A model generated the notes under the pieces. The model did not search any database and was not told where the DNA came from. It saw only the letters and a program-made list of their open reading frames with translations. Positions 26,867 through 38,467 of a stretch of 46,106 bases of DNA are shown piece after piece. The position numbers were made by a program, and so were the translations under genes. Location of the stretch: sequence record DRR723986_4124; one strand, 5' to 3'. Positions within the stretch are counted from its first letter, which is position 1. Every line of letters begins with the position of its first letter.

Positions 26867-29017
26867 ATGACCGACTATCTCGATACCGCTGAAGCCTGTG
26901 TCGACCTCGTGATTTCAAAAGTCGGTAAGAAGCTGGTGCTGGGCGCGCCCCTGGGTCTCGGCAAGCCGGTACAGCTGGTTAACGCGTTTTACCAGCGTGC
27001 CTGCAAGGATCCGTCGATTGAGCTGCAGATCATTACCGCACTGTCGCTGGAGCTGCCCACGCCGGGTAACCACATCGAGGCGAGCCTCTCCGGGCCCATT
27101 GTCGAGCGCCTGTTTGGCGACTATGAGCCACTGGACTACATGGTGGCGCTGCGCAAGGGGGAGGTCCCGCCTAACATCACCCTCACCGAGTTGTACTTCA
27201 AGGCTGGCTCGATGAAGGGCGTGGCTTCAGCCCAGCAGAACTACATATCAAGCAACTACACCCACATCGCCAGGGATATGGTCGACTGCGGTATCAATGT
27301 GCTCGCCCAGCTGGTGGCCGCCCAGGAGACAGAAGACGGCCTGTCCCTCAGCCTGTCCTGCAATCCTGACACTGCCAGCGATGTCATTCGCCTGTTACAG
27401 CAGACACGCCCGGACAGCTTTGTGAGTGTGGTGCAGGTACATGACGATCTGCCGTTCATGGAAAACGACGCGCAAATTGCGCCGGAATCGGTTGATGTGG
27501 TCTTACGCAATCCGAACTACATGAAAACCCTGTTTGCGGTACCCAACGCGGCGGTGCCTATGGCGGATTACGCCACGGCGCTCCATGCCAGCAGCCTGAT
27601 ACCGGACGGCGGCACGCTGCAGATCGGTATCGGCTCCCTTGGCGATGCCGTAGCCCACGCCTGCATACTTCGCCACGAACACAGTGACAGCTATCGCAGC
27701 ATGGTCGAAGGCCTGACTCACCAGCACTGTGACCTGGTGGAGGAGGGTGGGCCGTTCAATGAAGGCCTGTATGTTTCAACCGAGATGTTCGTCAACGGCA
27801 TGATGCACCTGATGGAGCACGGCATCGTCAAGCGCCGGGTTTACGACCACCTTGCCCTCCAGTGCGCCCTCAATGCCGGCGAGATCAGCGAGCAGGTGGA
27901 TGCCAGGCTTTATGACTGGGCCCGGGAGACAGGCCTGCTGCCCTCGGTGCTGGGGGCACAGGATCTGTCAGCCTTGCAGCACTGGGGCGTGCTGCCGTCG
28001 ACGCTGCGGCTGAATGGCGCCGAGCTATTACTCGGTGACCAGGTCCTGGTAAACGATACCGGTAATCCGGACACCCGGACCGCTCTGCTGGGCGCGCTCG
28101 CCGGCAGCACGCTGCGCCATGGCCGTGTTCTGCACGGAGGTTTCTTCCTTGGGCCACGCGACTTTTATCGCAAGCTGGGGGAGCTGGACGCCCAGGGCCA
28201 GGAACGGATCTGCATGACCAGCGTGTTGCGCACCAATCAGCTGCTGCAGAACTACGAGCTCTACTGCGCCCAGCGCAGGCAGGCGAGATTTATCAACACC
28301 GGGATGATTGTCAGTCTCAGTGGGGCGGTCGCCTCCGATGCCCTGGAAGATGGTACCGTCATCAGCGGCGTTGGGGGGCAGTACAATTTTGTTGCCATGG
28401 CCCACGATCTGCCCGGCGCGCGCTCGGTTCTATGTATCCGCAGCACCCGGGGCAGTGGCAAAGAGTGCAAGTCGAATATCGTACCGTTCTACGGTCACAC
28501 CACGATTCCCCGCCACCTGCGCGATGTTGTGGTCACCGAATACGGGGTTGCCGACCTGCGCGGGCAAAGCGACTCGGAAATCATCAAGCGACTGGTGAAT
28601 ATTGCCGACTCCCGCTTCCAGGAGTCTTTGCTGGACTGGGCGAAGCAACACGGCAAACTGGAGGCATCCTATCAGCTGCCGGAAAGTGCCAGGCATAACA
28701 CGCCAGCCAATCTGGATCGCGTACTGCGCCCGCATATCCAGTCCGGTCTGCTACCGGATTACCCCTTTGGTACTGAGCTGACCGACCAGGAAATAGCCCT
28801 GGCGACCAGTCTGCGCAAGATCAAGGCGCTGAGTGAAGAGCCCACCCACTTTATTCCACAGGTCTTCAGGGCCTTGCTTCATCATCCGGATGAGGCGGCG
28901 GCGCATCCGTTCCTCGCCCGAGTCCAACTGGAGCACCCCGAGACCACCCGGGACTTCCTGGTCCAGCAGCTGCTCCTGCTTGAGCTGGAGGACCGCGGTC
29001 TGCTCAAGGCAGGATGA
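26867..29017 (+). CDS. Acetyl-CoA hydrolase/transferase-family protein (long form)
   Basis: PLGLGKP, SSNYTH, LSCNPD, DGGTLQIGIG, STEMF, ISGVGGQYNFV, VVTEYGVADLRG. Start at ATG 26867. Confidence 0.9.
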   Translation: MTDYLDTAEACVDLVISKVGKKLVLGAPLGLGKPVQLVNAFYQRACKDPSIELQIITALSLELPTPGNHIEASLSGPIVERLFGDYEPLDYMVALRKGEVPPNITLTELYFKAGSMKGVASAQQNYISSNYTHIARDMVDCGINVLAQLVAAQETEDGLSLSLSCNPDTASDVIRLLQQTRPDSFVSVVQVHDDLPFMENDAQIAPESVDVVLRNPNYMKTLFAVPNAAVPMADYATALHASSLIPDGGTLQIGIGSLGDAVAHACILRHEHSDSYRSMVEGLTHQHCDLVEEGGPFNEGLYVSTEMFVNGMMHLMEHGIVKRRVYDHLALQCALNAGEISEQVDARLYDWARETGLLPSVLGAQDLSALQHWGVLPSTLRLNGAELLLGDQVLVNDTGNPDTRTALLGALAGSTLRHGRVLHGGFFLGPRDFYRKLGELDAQGQERICMTSVLRTNQLLQNYELYCAQRRQARFINTGMIVSLSGAVASDALEDGTVISGVGGQYNFVAMAHDLPGARSVLCIRSTRGSGKECKSNIVPFYGHTTIPRHLRDVVVTEYGVADLRGQSDSEIIKRLVNIADSRFQESLLDWAKQHGKLEASYQLPESARHNTPANLDRVLRPHIQSGLLPDYPFGTELTDQEIALATSLRKIKALSEEPTHFIPQVFRALLHHPDEAAAHPFLARVQLEHPETTRDFLVQQLLLLELEDRGLLKAG

Positions 29018-29062
29018 AAGGCCGCTGGCTAAGCGGGCTGTCGCCGCGCTATGCTACGCGGC

Positions 29063-29962
29063 ATGGCAGTCACCCTGAACAACAAACTGGTTATCGCGAT
29101 TTCTTCGCGGGCCTTGTTCAATCTCGACGATAGCCACCAGGTCTACAAGAACGAGGGCCTGGAAGCCTATTCCGCCTACCAGGTAGCGAGAGAAGAAGAA
29201 CCGCTTGAGCCGGGCGAAGCCTTTCCCCTGGTCCACAAGTTGCTGCGGCTCAATCAGCGACTTGGCGACGAGTCCCAGGTGGAAGTCGTGCTGCTGTCCC
29301 GTAACAGTGCCGACACCGGGCTGCGGGTATTCAATTCGATTCAGCACTACGACCTGGCGATAAGCCGGGCGGCCTTCTGTGGCGGCGAAAGCCCCTGGCG
29401 GTATATCAATGCCTTCGGCTGCCAACTGTTTCTGTCTACCGAGGCCGAGGATGTGCGTTACGCCCTGGACTGCGGTGTCGCCGCAGCGACCCTGGTGTCG
29501 AACAAGGGTGGCCGAATGGACAGCGAGCAGTTGCGCTTCGCTTTTGATGGCGACGCGGTCCTGTTTTCCGACGAGGCCGAGCGGGTATACAAGACGGAAG
29601 GACTGGAAGCCTTTACCGCCAGCGAGCGGGCAGCGGCCCGCAAACCCCTGAGCGGTGGCCCCTTCAAGTCTTTTCTTGCCGCATTGCACCAATTGCAGCA
29701 GGCGTTTCCGGCGTCCGAGGCCCCAATCCGCACCGCGCTGGTGACCGCGCGCTCGGCGCCGGCACATGAGCGGGTCATCCGTACCCTCAGGGCCTGGGAT
29801 ATCCGGATCGACGAGTCCATTTTCCTCGGCGGGCTGGACAAAACCGAGTTCCTGAGAGCCTACCAGGCGGACGTATTTTTTGACGATCAGCAGTCCCATT
29901 GCGAATCGGCAAGCCCGCACATCGCCACTGGCCACGTGCCCCACGGGGTGGCAAACAGCTGA
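29063..29962 (+). CDS. 5'-nucleotidase (cN-I-like)
   Basis: AISSRALF, LSRNSADTGLR, FAFDGDAVLFSDE, TARSAPAHER, FFDDQ, HVP.G. Confidence 0.93.
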   Translation: MAVTLNNKLVIAISSRALFNLDDSHQVYKNEGLEAYSAYQVAREEEPLEPGEAFPLVHKLLRLNQRLGDESQVEVVLLSRNSADTGLRVFNSIQHYDLAISRAAFCGGESPWRYINAFGCQLFLSTEAEDVRYALDCGVAAATLVSNKGGRMDSEQLRFAFDGDAVLFSDEAERVYKTEGLEAFTASERAAARKPLSGGPFKSFLAALHQLQQAFPASEAPIRTALVTARSAPAHERVIRTLRAWDIRIDESIFLGGLDKTEFLRAYQADVFFDDQQSHCESASPHIATGHVPHGVANS

Positions 29963-30029
29963 TTGGCGCTCGGCGGCCATATTCCAAAAGGCATTGGCAA
30001 TTAGCTATGCCTATGGCTATTCTTTATAA

Positions 30030-31067
<1,038 letters not shown>

Positions 31068-31148
31068 GTCACCCGCCCGGACTTGTTTCCGGCGTGAGCA
31101 GGCGCGAGAATGTGCGCCGTCACGCGCCCGCCCCAAGGAGAATATAAC

Positions 31149-31766
31149 GTGGAACTTGCCTGCCTGGATCTGGAAGGCGTCCTGGTCCCAGAGATCTGGA
31201 TTGCTTTTGCCGAGCGCACCGGCATCGACGAATTGCGGGCTACCACCCGCGACATACCGGATTACGATGTGCTGATGAAGCAGCGCCTGGCGCTACTCGA
31301 CCAGCACGGCCTGCGCATCCAGGATATCCAGGAAGTGATAGCCGGTCTTGCCCCCTTGCCGGGCGCGCGGGAGTTCCTCGACTGGTTGCGGGAACGCTTC
31401 CAGGTGGTGATCCTGTCGGACACCTTCTACGAGTTTTCCCAGCCGCTGATGCGTCAGCTCGGCTGGCCGACGCTGCTTTGCCATCGTCTGGTGGTGGACG
31501 AGGAGGGCCGGGTGGTGGACTACAAACTTCGGCAGAAGGACCCCAAACGCGCGTCAGTAATGGCTTTTCACAGCTTGAATTACCGGGTTATTGCGGCTGG
31601 AGACTCCTATAACGATACCACCATGCTGGGCGAGGCCGACCAGGGTATCCTGATTCACGCCCCCCAGAACGTGATCGACGAGTTCCCGCAGTTCCGCTCG
31701 GTACCTGATCTGGACGCGCTCAAGGATGCCTTCATCGACGCCAGCGAGCGGCCTCTAAAGCGCTGA
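31149..31766 (+). CDS. thrH: Phosphoserine phosphatase / homoserine phosphotransferase ThrH
   Basis: CLDLEGVLVPEIW, ATTRDIPDYDVLM, ILSDTF, AAGDSYNDT.ML; AAGGAG before GTG 31149. Confidence 0.96.
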   Translation: MELACLDLEGVLVPEIWIAFAERTGIDELRATTRDIPDYDVLMKQRLALLDQHGLRIQDIQEVIAGLAPLPGAREFLDWLRERFQVVILSDTFYEFSQPLMRQLGWPTLLCHRLVVDEEGRVVDYKLRQKDPKRASVMAFHSLNYRVIAAGDSYNDTTMLGEADQGILIHAPQNVIDEFPQFRSVPDLDALKDAFIDASERPLKR

Positions 31767-33128
31767 TCAGCCCATGGCTTCAAGACAGGCCAGGAACTTG
31801 CCTACCTTATCGTAAGTTTCCTGGTATTCCTCCTGCCAGCGGGAATCCGCCACGATGCCGCCGCCGCCCCAGCAATGGATTTCCTGATCCCGGCAAACCA
31901 GGCTGCGGATGGCAATATTGCTGTCCATCCGGCCATCGGCGCTGATGTAGAAAACTGAGCCACAATAAGCCTGGCGCGCATGCGGCTCGAGCTCAGTGAT
32001 GATCTGCATTGCCCGCCGCTTGGGCGCACCGGTGATCGAACCCCCGGGGAAACAGCTTCGCAGCAGGTCACCCGCCTCCAGGCCGGGCGCCAGTTCGCCG
32101 GATATCGTACTGACCAGGTGGTGCACCGTCGGGTAACTCTGGATCTCGAACAAGCGGTCCACATGGATGCTGCCCGGCACACAGCTGCGGCCAAGATCAT
32201 TGCGCAGCAGGTCGACAATCATCAGGTTCTCCGCCCGGTCTTTCTCCGACTGGCGCAGTTCCATGCGCGCCTGCTCGTCGGCCTGGGCGTCTCGGTATCG
32301 TGGCCGGGTCCCCTTGATCGGGCTGGTTTCTACCCGGTGTCCGTGCAGGGACAGGAAGCGCTCGGGCGACAGGCATAGCAGCGCGCTGCCATCATCCTGG
32401 TCAAGGTAGGCCGCGAACGGAGCTGCTGCCAGTTCACGCAGCCGCCTGTAGGCCTGCCAGGGATCGCCAGAATAGGGGGCGCTGAAACGCTGGGCCAGAT
32501 TGACCTGATAACAGTCGCCGGCCTGGATATAGCCCTGGATTGCTGCAAACGCGGCCTGGTAGGCCTGCTCGCTGAGATTCGAGCGGAATGGCTGGCCAAG
32601 CTGGAATGACTGCTCGGTCCTTCGCGCTGGCTGGCGCAGCCGCGACAATAGATCGGCGCGCTCTGTCGCAGGCAGTGAGGGCAGCGAGGCGAGCACCGTC
32701 TTGCGCCTCAGGTGATCCTGCAATACCGCCCAACGATAAGCGCGTACGCTGGCCGCTGCGCCGCGTGCCTCTGGGTGGGGAGCGAGCTTGTTAAGCCCTT
32801 GGCCGGCATCGTAGTCGAGCACGCCGAGCAAGCCCCCGCAAAACGGCAGTTCCTCGGCTACCGGGTGTACCGCGCCAAGCTCAGTACGCTGCCAGGCAGC
32901 CAGTTCCGCAAACCATCGCACTGTGTCCGCTTCCGTCGCGGCGCAGGGCAGCGGTGCGAGGGTCGCAGGCAATGGGTCCGCGACCAGAATGTCGAACCGG
33001 CCCCGGTCGGTGAACGGGAAGCAGCTATCCAGCAGGGCTGCTCCCGGCAGCGCCCGCAGACGCTCAAACAGGGCGCAGCTGTCCGGTGTGTAGGCCAGTT
33101 CGTCCAGTTGTACGGTTTGTATCGCCAT
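31767..33128 (-). CDS. pabB: Aminodeoxychorismate synthase component I
   Basis: GDCYQVNL, SPERFL, PIKGTRPR, KDRAENLMIVDLLRND, FPGGSITGAPK, GGGIVADS. Confidence 0.95.
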   Translation of the reverse strand: MAIQTVQLDELAYTPDSCALFERLRALPGAALLDSCFPFTDRGRFDILVADPLPATLAPLPCAATEADTVRWFAELAAWQRTELGAVHPVAEELPFCGGLLGVLDYDAGQGLNKLAPHPEARGAAASVRAYRWAVLQDHLRRKTVLASLPSLPATERADLLSRLRQPARRTEQSFQLGQPFRSNLSEQAYQAAFAAIQGYIQAGDCYQVNLAQRFSAPYSGDPWQAYRRLRELAAAPFAAYLDQDDGSALLCLSPERFLSLHGHRVETSPIKGTRPRYRDAQADEQARMELRQSEKDRAENLMIVDLLRNDLGRSCVPGSIHVDRLFEIQSYPTVHHLVSTISGELAPGLEAGDLLRSCFPGGSITGAPKRRAMQIITELEPHARQAYCGSVFYISADGRMDSNIAIRSLVCRDQEIHCWGGGGIVADSRWQEEYQETYDKVGKFLACLEAMG

Positions 33129-33289
33129 CAGTCGCTGCCGCCGCGAGCCGGGCTGCGCGCGGGAAAACCGAATATTGACGCTGAAAACATGCGCGCTGCA
33201 ATGGGCTGCGCAGCGGCAGGGCAGTGATCGGGGAGGGGTATGAAAACCTTAACCTGTTTCAAATACGACGCCGTAAGGCCTTGTTTAAA

Positions 33290-33321
33290 TTGACTTTGAG
33301 GGTCACCAAACGTATTGTTTG
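33290..33321 (+). promoter_or_regulatory. Putative sigma70 promoter of the methylmalonyl-CoA operon, with overlapping palindromes
   Basis: TTGACT(33290)-17 nt-TATTGT(33313); CAAAC-N5-GTTTG (33307-33321) covers the -10 and TGAC-N7-GTCA (33291-33305) covers the -35. Confidence 0.55.
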
Positions 33322-33450
33322 ACGCCGGTTTCGGGAGCCCTCCAGCATCGTACGTTGGCTGCCTCCCGCATGCAAATACTCGAGCCTCTCCAAGAAGGTA
33401 CCGGTGGCGCTAACGCGCTGTCATCTGCACGTAAACGTTTGGAATCACGT

Positions 33451-35181
33451 ATGACGAATCGCCGTAACGACCTGGTCGCGACACTCGACAATCCGTTTGC
33501 TCACAAGGATGAGCAGGACTTTAACGTTCCTGGTCAGCTCGCCAGCGAGCCGGGCCTCTATGAGGAAGCGTTGAAGGCTGGCTGGGAGCTGCAGCAGCGC
33601 CCCTATCGTGCCGCCGGGGTAAAGAATATCCAGCGCCAGCACATGAAGAACCGGATGACCATCTGGGAGCGCATCGATTTTCTCGCCGACGAACAACCCA
33701 CGGTGCTGTACCAGAACTGGGGGCCGAATCTTGACGGGGCGTCGCTGGTAACGGCGCTGATCAAGGTCAATGGTCGCGACATCGCCATTTACGGTCATGA
33801 TTTCACCGTTCGCGCGGGTTCCATGGACGCAACCAACGGTCGCAAGCTGGCTCGCCTGTTTGAACTTGCCGCCAAGCGGCAGATCCCGCTGGTCGGTTTG
33901 AACGACTCTGCCGGGGCCTATATCCCCGCGGGTGTGGGTGGGCTGGACGGCTATGCCGATGCCTTCACCGCATTGCGCAAGATCAGTGGTGTAGTGCCCA
34001 GCATCATGTGTATGTTCGGGTTCAACGCCGGCGGCGGTTCCTACCTGCCGCGCCAAGGCAGCTTCCTGATTCAGCCAAACGATACGTTTTTTGGCCTGAC
34101 CGGCCCCGGTGTGGTCAAGTCGGTGCTCGGCGAGGACGTCACGCCTGACGAACTTGGCGGACCCGGTGTACACAGCCAGAGTGGGGTCACTGACTTTGTG
34201 GTACCGGACGAGGTCGCCGCCTTGCGTAAGGTGCGCGAATTGCTCAACTACCTGCCCAGCAGCAACAACCAGCTGGCACCTCACCAGCCGTCCTCGGATC
34301 CGGTGAACCGCAAAACCTGGGACATCGATATCCTACTCAAGAAAGCCTTCAATTCGCCGACCGGATTCAACACGCCTATCGACATCAGCATCCTTATCCA
34401 GCAGTTGTGCGACCACGGTGACTTTCTTGAGTTGCAGGCCGCGCGCGCACGTAACACCATCACCGCGTTGGGCCGGATGGGGGGCAATGTGGTCGGCTTT
34501 GTCGCCAATAATTCAGCGGTTGCCTCCGGGCAGATCGATATCGACGCGGCCTACAAAAACGCGCGCTTTATTCGCTTCTGTAACCTGTACAACATCCCGA
34601 TCATCTTTCTCGAGGATACTACCGGCTTCCTTCCGGGCAGGGAGCAGGAGAGTCGCGGTATTGTGCAGGCTGGCCGCGCCATGCTCGACGCCATCGTCGA
34701 CCTGCGCACGCCACGGTTCCTTGTCCTGGTGCGGAACGCCTTTGGCGGCGCCTATGCGTCCTACAACAACTATCCGACGGGCGCCGACTTCGTTGTCGCA
34801 CTGCCCACGACGCGGGTGGCGGTCATGGGGCCGGCCGGGGTTGAGTACGTCTACAAGGACGAGTTGCGCAAACTTCGCGGCTCGGTCAAGGCGCGCATCG
34901 CCAGCGAGACCGAGGCACAGCTTGCTGCCGGCCTGGCCAGCGAAGATGCCGGCAAAGCGGCAGCGCAACTGGTCAATGACTGGGTCAAGTCGGAGGAGCA
35001 GGCCCTGGCCCAGCGCTACGAACGCGAGTTGATGAACCCGAGGGAAGCGCTCAGCCTCGGCTCTATTTCGCAGATTGTCATGCCCTCCGACCTGCGTCAC
35101 GTGCTGGCCGAGCACATGGATTTCTGCCTGCGCCATTACGAGCCGACACCGCTGCAATCCGTGCAGCGGGAATTCCACTAA
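33451..35181 (+). CDS. Acyl-CoA carboxylase, carboxyltransferase subunit (probable propionyl-CoA carboxylase beta)
   Basis: [44 protein letters not shown]...NIPII.L.D..GFLPG..QE, AFGGAY, AVMGP. Start placed at ATG 33451. Confidence 0.9.
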   Translation: MTNRRNDLVATLDNPFAHKDEQDFNVPGQLASEPGLYEEALKAGWELQQRPYRAAGVKNIQRQHMKNRMTIWERIDFLADEQPTVLYQNWGPNLDGASLVTALIKVNGRDIAIYGHDFTVRAGSMDATNGRKLARLFELAAKRQIPLVGLNDSAGAYIPAGVGGLDGYADAFTALRKISGVVPSIMCMFGFNAGGGSYLPRQGSFLIQPNDTFFGLTGPGVVKSVLGEDVTPDELGGPGVHSQSGVTDFVVPDEVAALRKVRELLNYLPSSNNQLAPHQPSSDPVNRKTWDIDILLKKAFNSPTGFNTPIDISILIQQLCDHGDFLELQAARARNTITALGRMGGNVVGFVANNSAVASGQIDIDAAYKNARFIRFCNLYNIPIIFLEDTTGFLPGREQESRGIVQAGRAMLDAIVDLRTPRFLVLVRNAFGGAYASYNNYPTGADFVVALPTTRVAVMGPAGVEYVYKDELRKLRGSVKARIASETEAQLAAGLASEDAGKAAAQLVNDWVKSEEQALAQRYERELMNPREALSLGSISQIVMPSDLRHVLAEHMDFCLRHYEPTPLQSVQREFH

Positions 35182-35220
35182 GCGCCGTCTCGCCTGACTC
35201 AACATCGAGGAATTTTTCGC

Positions 35221-38034
35221 GTGTCCAACGAATACTACTTGCGCAACCCCCTGATTCACCGCGACCGGCGCCTGGGCCGTCGCCACACGCCCTGGGTAAA
35301 CCAGTTCGACTGCACCCATATTCGGCCGCTGATCATCTGCCGGGGGCCGATCCGCAAGGAGGCCATGGATGTCTTCAATGAGATGGGGATAACCTGCTAC
35401 GGCATCCTCCTCTCGGAGAAGGACTCGATTGTGTACCAGGATGCACTGGCACCGGAGCTGCGGGCCTTCGCCTCCCCGGACCGGATTCACCGGGTGCCGG
35501 ATTACACCGGTGCCAACAAGGAGGAGCGCGACCAGCGGATCCGGCAGATCGTCGGAATTGCACGGGACAACGACTACAACGCGATTTTTGCTGGCTATGG
35601 CTTTATGGCCGAGGACGAAACCATGGTTGCCGCCATGGAGCAGGCGGGACTCAATTTTATCGGACCCTGTTCGCGCACCGTCCACGACGCGGGCTTGAAA
35701 GATGAGGCCAAGCGGACCGCGCTCAAGTCCGGCGTTTCCGTGACCCCGGGGATCGATAACGGCACGGCGCTCACCCTGCTCAAAAAGCACCCGGATGTTG
35801 CCGCACTTAAAGCGCTGGTCGCCGCGGAAGGTCTGGTAGTGGACGAAGCAAAGCTGGATGACCCGGAGATCGAGCTGCCCGAAAAGGCCGACCTCGTGCT
35901 GGCGGCTTCCTACGACAAGGGCATCGACCTGTACACCGTGGATGAGCTGAGCGCTACGCTGACCGAAGCGGTCGAACGCATGGCCCGGGATTATCCGGAA
36001 AACCGGGTGCGCCTGAAGGCGATCAGCGGCGGCGGCGGCAAGGGCCAGCGGATTCTCGGTATTGGCGAGGCGGCGCGCACGCCGGAGCTGGTCCGCGAAA
36101 TTCTCAACGAGGTGAAAACCACCGGCGTTGGTGACAACAAGAACGTGCTGGTTGAACTCAACATTGAAACTACCCGGCACCAGGAAATCCAGGTGATCGG
36201 CAACGGGGACTGGTGTATCACCATGGGCGGCCGGGATTGCTCACTGCAGATGCATGAGCAGAAGCTGCTGGAGGTGTCGGTAACCGTAGAATCCCTGCAG
36301 CGCGCTATTGCGCAGGCGGAGGGCGCCGGACTGGCCGAGGAATGCCGGGTGCTGCGTGAGGATCTGCGCATCCTGCAGGAGATGGAAGATGAGGCCGCAC
36401 GTTTCGGCGCGGCGGTGGGTCTGGATTCAGTGTCTACCTTCGAGTGCATCGTCGATCGCGACAAGCACTTCTTCATGGAAATGAACACCCGGATTCAGGT
36501 CGAGCACCGGGTCACCGAGCTGTGCTACGCCTTGCAGTTTACCAATCCCGATAACAAGGAAGACTTCTTTGTGGTCGAGTCACTGGTGGAGGCGATGGTC
36601 CTGCTGGCAGCCCACGGCCCCACGTTGCCGCGGCCCGAGCGCCTGGTGCGCTACAACGACAGCGTCGAGGCGCGCCTGAACGCCACCAACCAGGCTTTGC
36701 AGCCCAGCGCTGGCGGGGTGATCGAGTACTGGTCTGACGCACTGGAAGGCGAGATTCGCGATGACCAGGGCATCAGCCTGCATAACCCCGATACCGATGT
36801 CTTCATGAAGTACACCCTGGCCGGGGCCTACGATTCCAATATTGCCCTGTTGCTGACTGTCGGCGGCACCCGTCTCGATACCTACGAGGCCATGGCTGAA
36901 ACTATTCGCCACACCCGTATGCGAGGCAAGGATCTGGCCACCAACCTCGAGTTTCACTACGGTCTGGTCAACTGGTTCATCGGCCAAAATATCAACGCCC
37001 GACCCACCACGCGGTTTATCGTGCCGTACCTGACTGCGGTCGGTGAACTCAAGCAGCGCGCAAACAATATGGATCTTACCTACGCCTGGCGCACAGTCTG
37101 CCAGGCAGTGACCGACGGTCACGAGGGAGAAGCCGCCCGGGCCCTGGGTAATGCCCTGGAACTCAAGCAGACCCTGCTGCTGCGGCCGGTAGAGCTACTG
37201 CTGGCGGAGCCGCATATCCTCAGCGGCTGGCTCAGCCTCAACCGGGATTGCTACACCTTGATCGAGGATCGCATAAGCTGGAACGAGAACCCGATCGAAC
37301 TGCTGGCCGACACCTATCATTTCCTCAATATGGACTATGTGCCCGGTGCCCCGGCGTCGAGCATGATATGGGATCACGATCACCAGATTCTGCAGGATGC
37401 GCTCGATTTCTATAACGAACTGAACAACCGGCTGGCGGTTGACGACTGGATCGAACTGCAGAGCCTGTTGGCGGCGGACGAGCCGACCGGAGACTTTGAT
37501 GCCGAGACCTGGCTGCAGATCACGGCCTCACATAAGGGCTTCCAGGCAGGCCTGGATATCCTCGCCGTGCTCCCCAGCATCGCCGAGGCGACCGGCTATT
37601 TCGATCTGACCGTCAATCCCGACCTGACGATCCACATCCCCGAACGGTTGCTCGAAGCAGAACTTCAGGCGGCGATGGCCAAGGTGCTGGTGCCACCACC
37701 GGTAGCGAAATCAGACGAGATCCTTGCCCAGAGCGGCGGCATGTTCTACGGTCGCGAATCCCCGGCACACGAGCTGTACGTCGAAGAGGGGGCCCATTTC
37801 GAAGCCGGCGATCCGCTGTACATCGTCGAGGTGATGAAGATGTTCAACAAGGTCTACGCACCGTTCGCGGGAACAATCGACAAGGTATTGGTGGAAGGCG
37901 ACGGGATCATCATCAGCAAGGGTCAGCCCCTTTTCAAGATCACGCCCGACGAGAAGATCGTGGTCGAGGCGCCAGAGGCTATCGCCGCTCGTCGCCGTCA
38001 AATGACCGACCTTTTCCTCGCCCAGATAGCATAG
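35221..38034 (+). CDS. Acyl-CoA carboxylase, biotin carboxylase plus biotin carrier subunit (atypical, 937 aa)
   Basis: GYGFMAE, KAISGGGGKG, RH.EIQV, RDCSLQ, EMNTRIQVEH.VTE, and the biotinylation motif EVMKM. Confidence 0.9.
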   Translation: MSNEYYLRNPLIHRDRRLGRRHTPWVNQFDCTHIRPLIICRGPIRKEAMDVFNEMGITCYGILLSEKDSIVYQDALAPELRAFASPDRIHRVPDYTGANKEERDQRIRQIVGIARDNDYNAIFAGYGFMAEDETMVAAMEQAGLNFIGPCSRTVHDAGLKDEAKRTALKSGVSVTPGIDNGTALTLLKKHPDVAALKALVAAEGLVVDEAKLDDPEIELPEKADLVLAASYDKGIDLYTVDELSATLTEAVERMARDYPENRVRLKAISGGGGKGQRILGIGEAARTPELVREILNEVKTTGVGDNKNVLVELNIETTRHQEIQVIGNGDWCITMGGRDCSLQMHEQKLLEVSVTVESLQRAIAQAEGAGLAEECRVLREDLRILQEMEDEAARFGAAVGLDSVSTFECIVDRDKHFFMEMNTRIQVEHRVTELCYALQFTNPDNKEDFFVVESLVEAMVLLAAHGPTLPRPERLVRYNDSVEARLNATNQALQPSAGGVIEYWSDALEGEIRDDQGISLHNPDTDVFMKYTLAGAYDSNIALLLTVGGTRLDTYEAMAETIRHTRMRGKDLATNLEFHYGLVNWFIGQNINARPTTRFIVPYLTAVGELKQRANNMDLTYAWRTVCQAVTDGHEGEAARALGNALELKQTLLLRPVELLLAEPHILSGWLSLNRDCYTLIEDRISWNENPIELLADTYHFLNMDYVPGAPASSMIWDHDHQILQDALDFYNELNNRLAVDDWIELQSLLAADEPTGDFDAETWLQITASHKGFQAGLDILAVLPSIAEATGYFDLTVNPDLTIHIPERLLEAELQAAMAKVLVPPPVAKSDEILAQSGGMFYGRESPAHELYVEEGAHFEAGDPLYIVEVMKMFNKVYAPFAGTIDKVLVEGDGIIISKGQPLFKITPDEKIVVEAPEAIAARRRQMTDLFLAQIA

Positions 38035-38044
38035 GAGACATGCC

Positions 38045-38455
38045 ATGATCACCGCTCTTGACCACATCGCCGTTGCGGTGCCGGATCTCCAGAAGGCGAT
38101 CAAGCGCTTCATGGATGATTTCGGCCTGCCTTTCGAGGGGACTGAAGACGTGTTGGAGGCAAAAACCTCGACCGCTTTTTTCCCGCTGCCGCCAACCAGC
38201 ATAGAGCTGATCCATCCGCTGAACGGTGAAGGCCCGGTGGCAGGTTACCTGGAAAAGAAGGGCGGCGGACTGCATCACCTGTGCTTTCGCTCGGACAATA
38301 TTGAGGAAGATATTGCCCGACTCAAGGCCAAGGGCTACCAGTTTCTCGCTGACGCCCCCTCACCCGGGGCGCACGGCTCCCAGGTGATATTCATTCATCC
38401 GCGCAGCTGCGACGGGGTGCTGATCGAGATCAATCAGCCCGCAGACGAACACTGA
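38045..38455 (+). CDS. mce: Methylmalonyl-CoA epimerase
   Basis: LDHIAVAVPDL, IELI.P, GGLHHLCF, GAHG..V.FIHP....GVLIE; operon context. Confidence 0.93.
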   Translation: MITALDHIAVAVPDLQKAIKRFMDDFGLPFEGTEDVLEAKTSTAFFPLPPTSIELIHPLNGEGPVAGYLEKKGGGLHHLCFRSDNIEEDIARLKAKGYQFLADAPSPGAHGSQVIFIHPRSCDGVLIEINQPADEH

Positions 38456-38467
38456 CAGGACGCTATT

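Noticed and set aside
33130..33450. Cobalamin riboswitch upstream of the mutase operon
   Set aside because: No B12-box or other conserved cobalamin riboswitch elements seen here, nor upstream of the radical SAM gene.
34513..36180. 555-aa antisense ORF, and similar ones at 38360-39547, 16864-17964, 29054-29980 and 7011-7928
   Set aside because: Shadow ORFs opposite well-supported genes, expected with high GC codon bias; no recognisable motifs.
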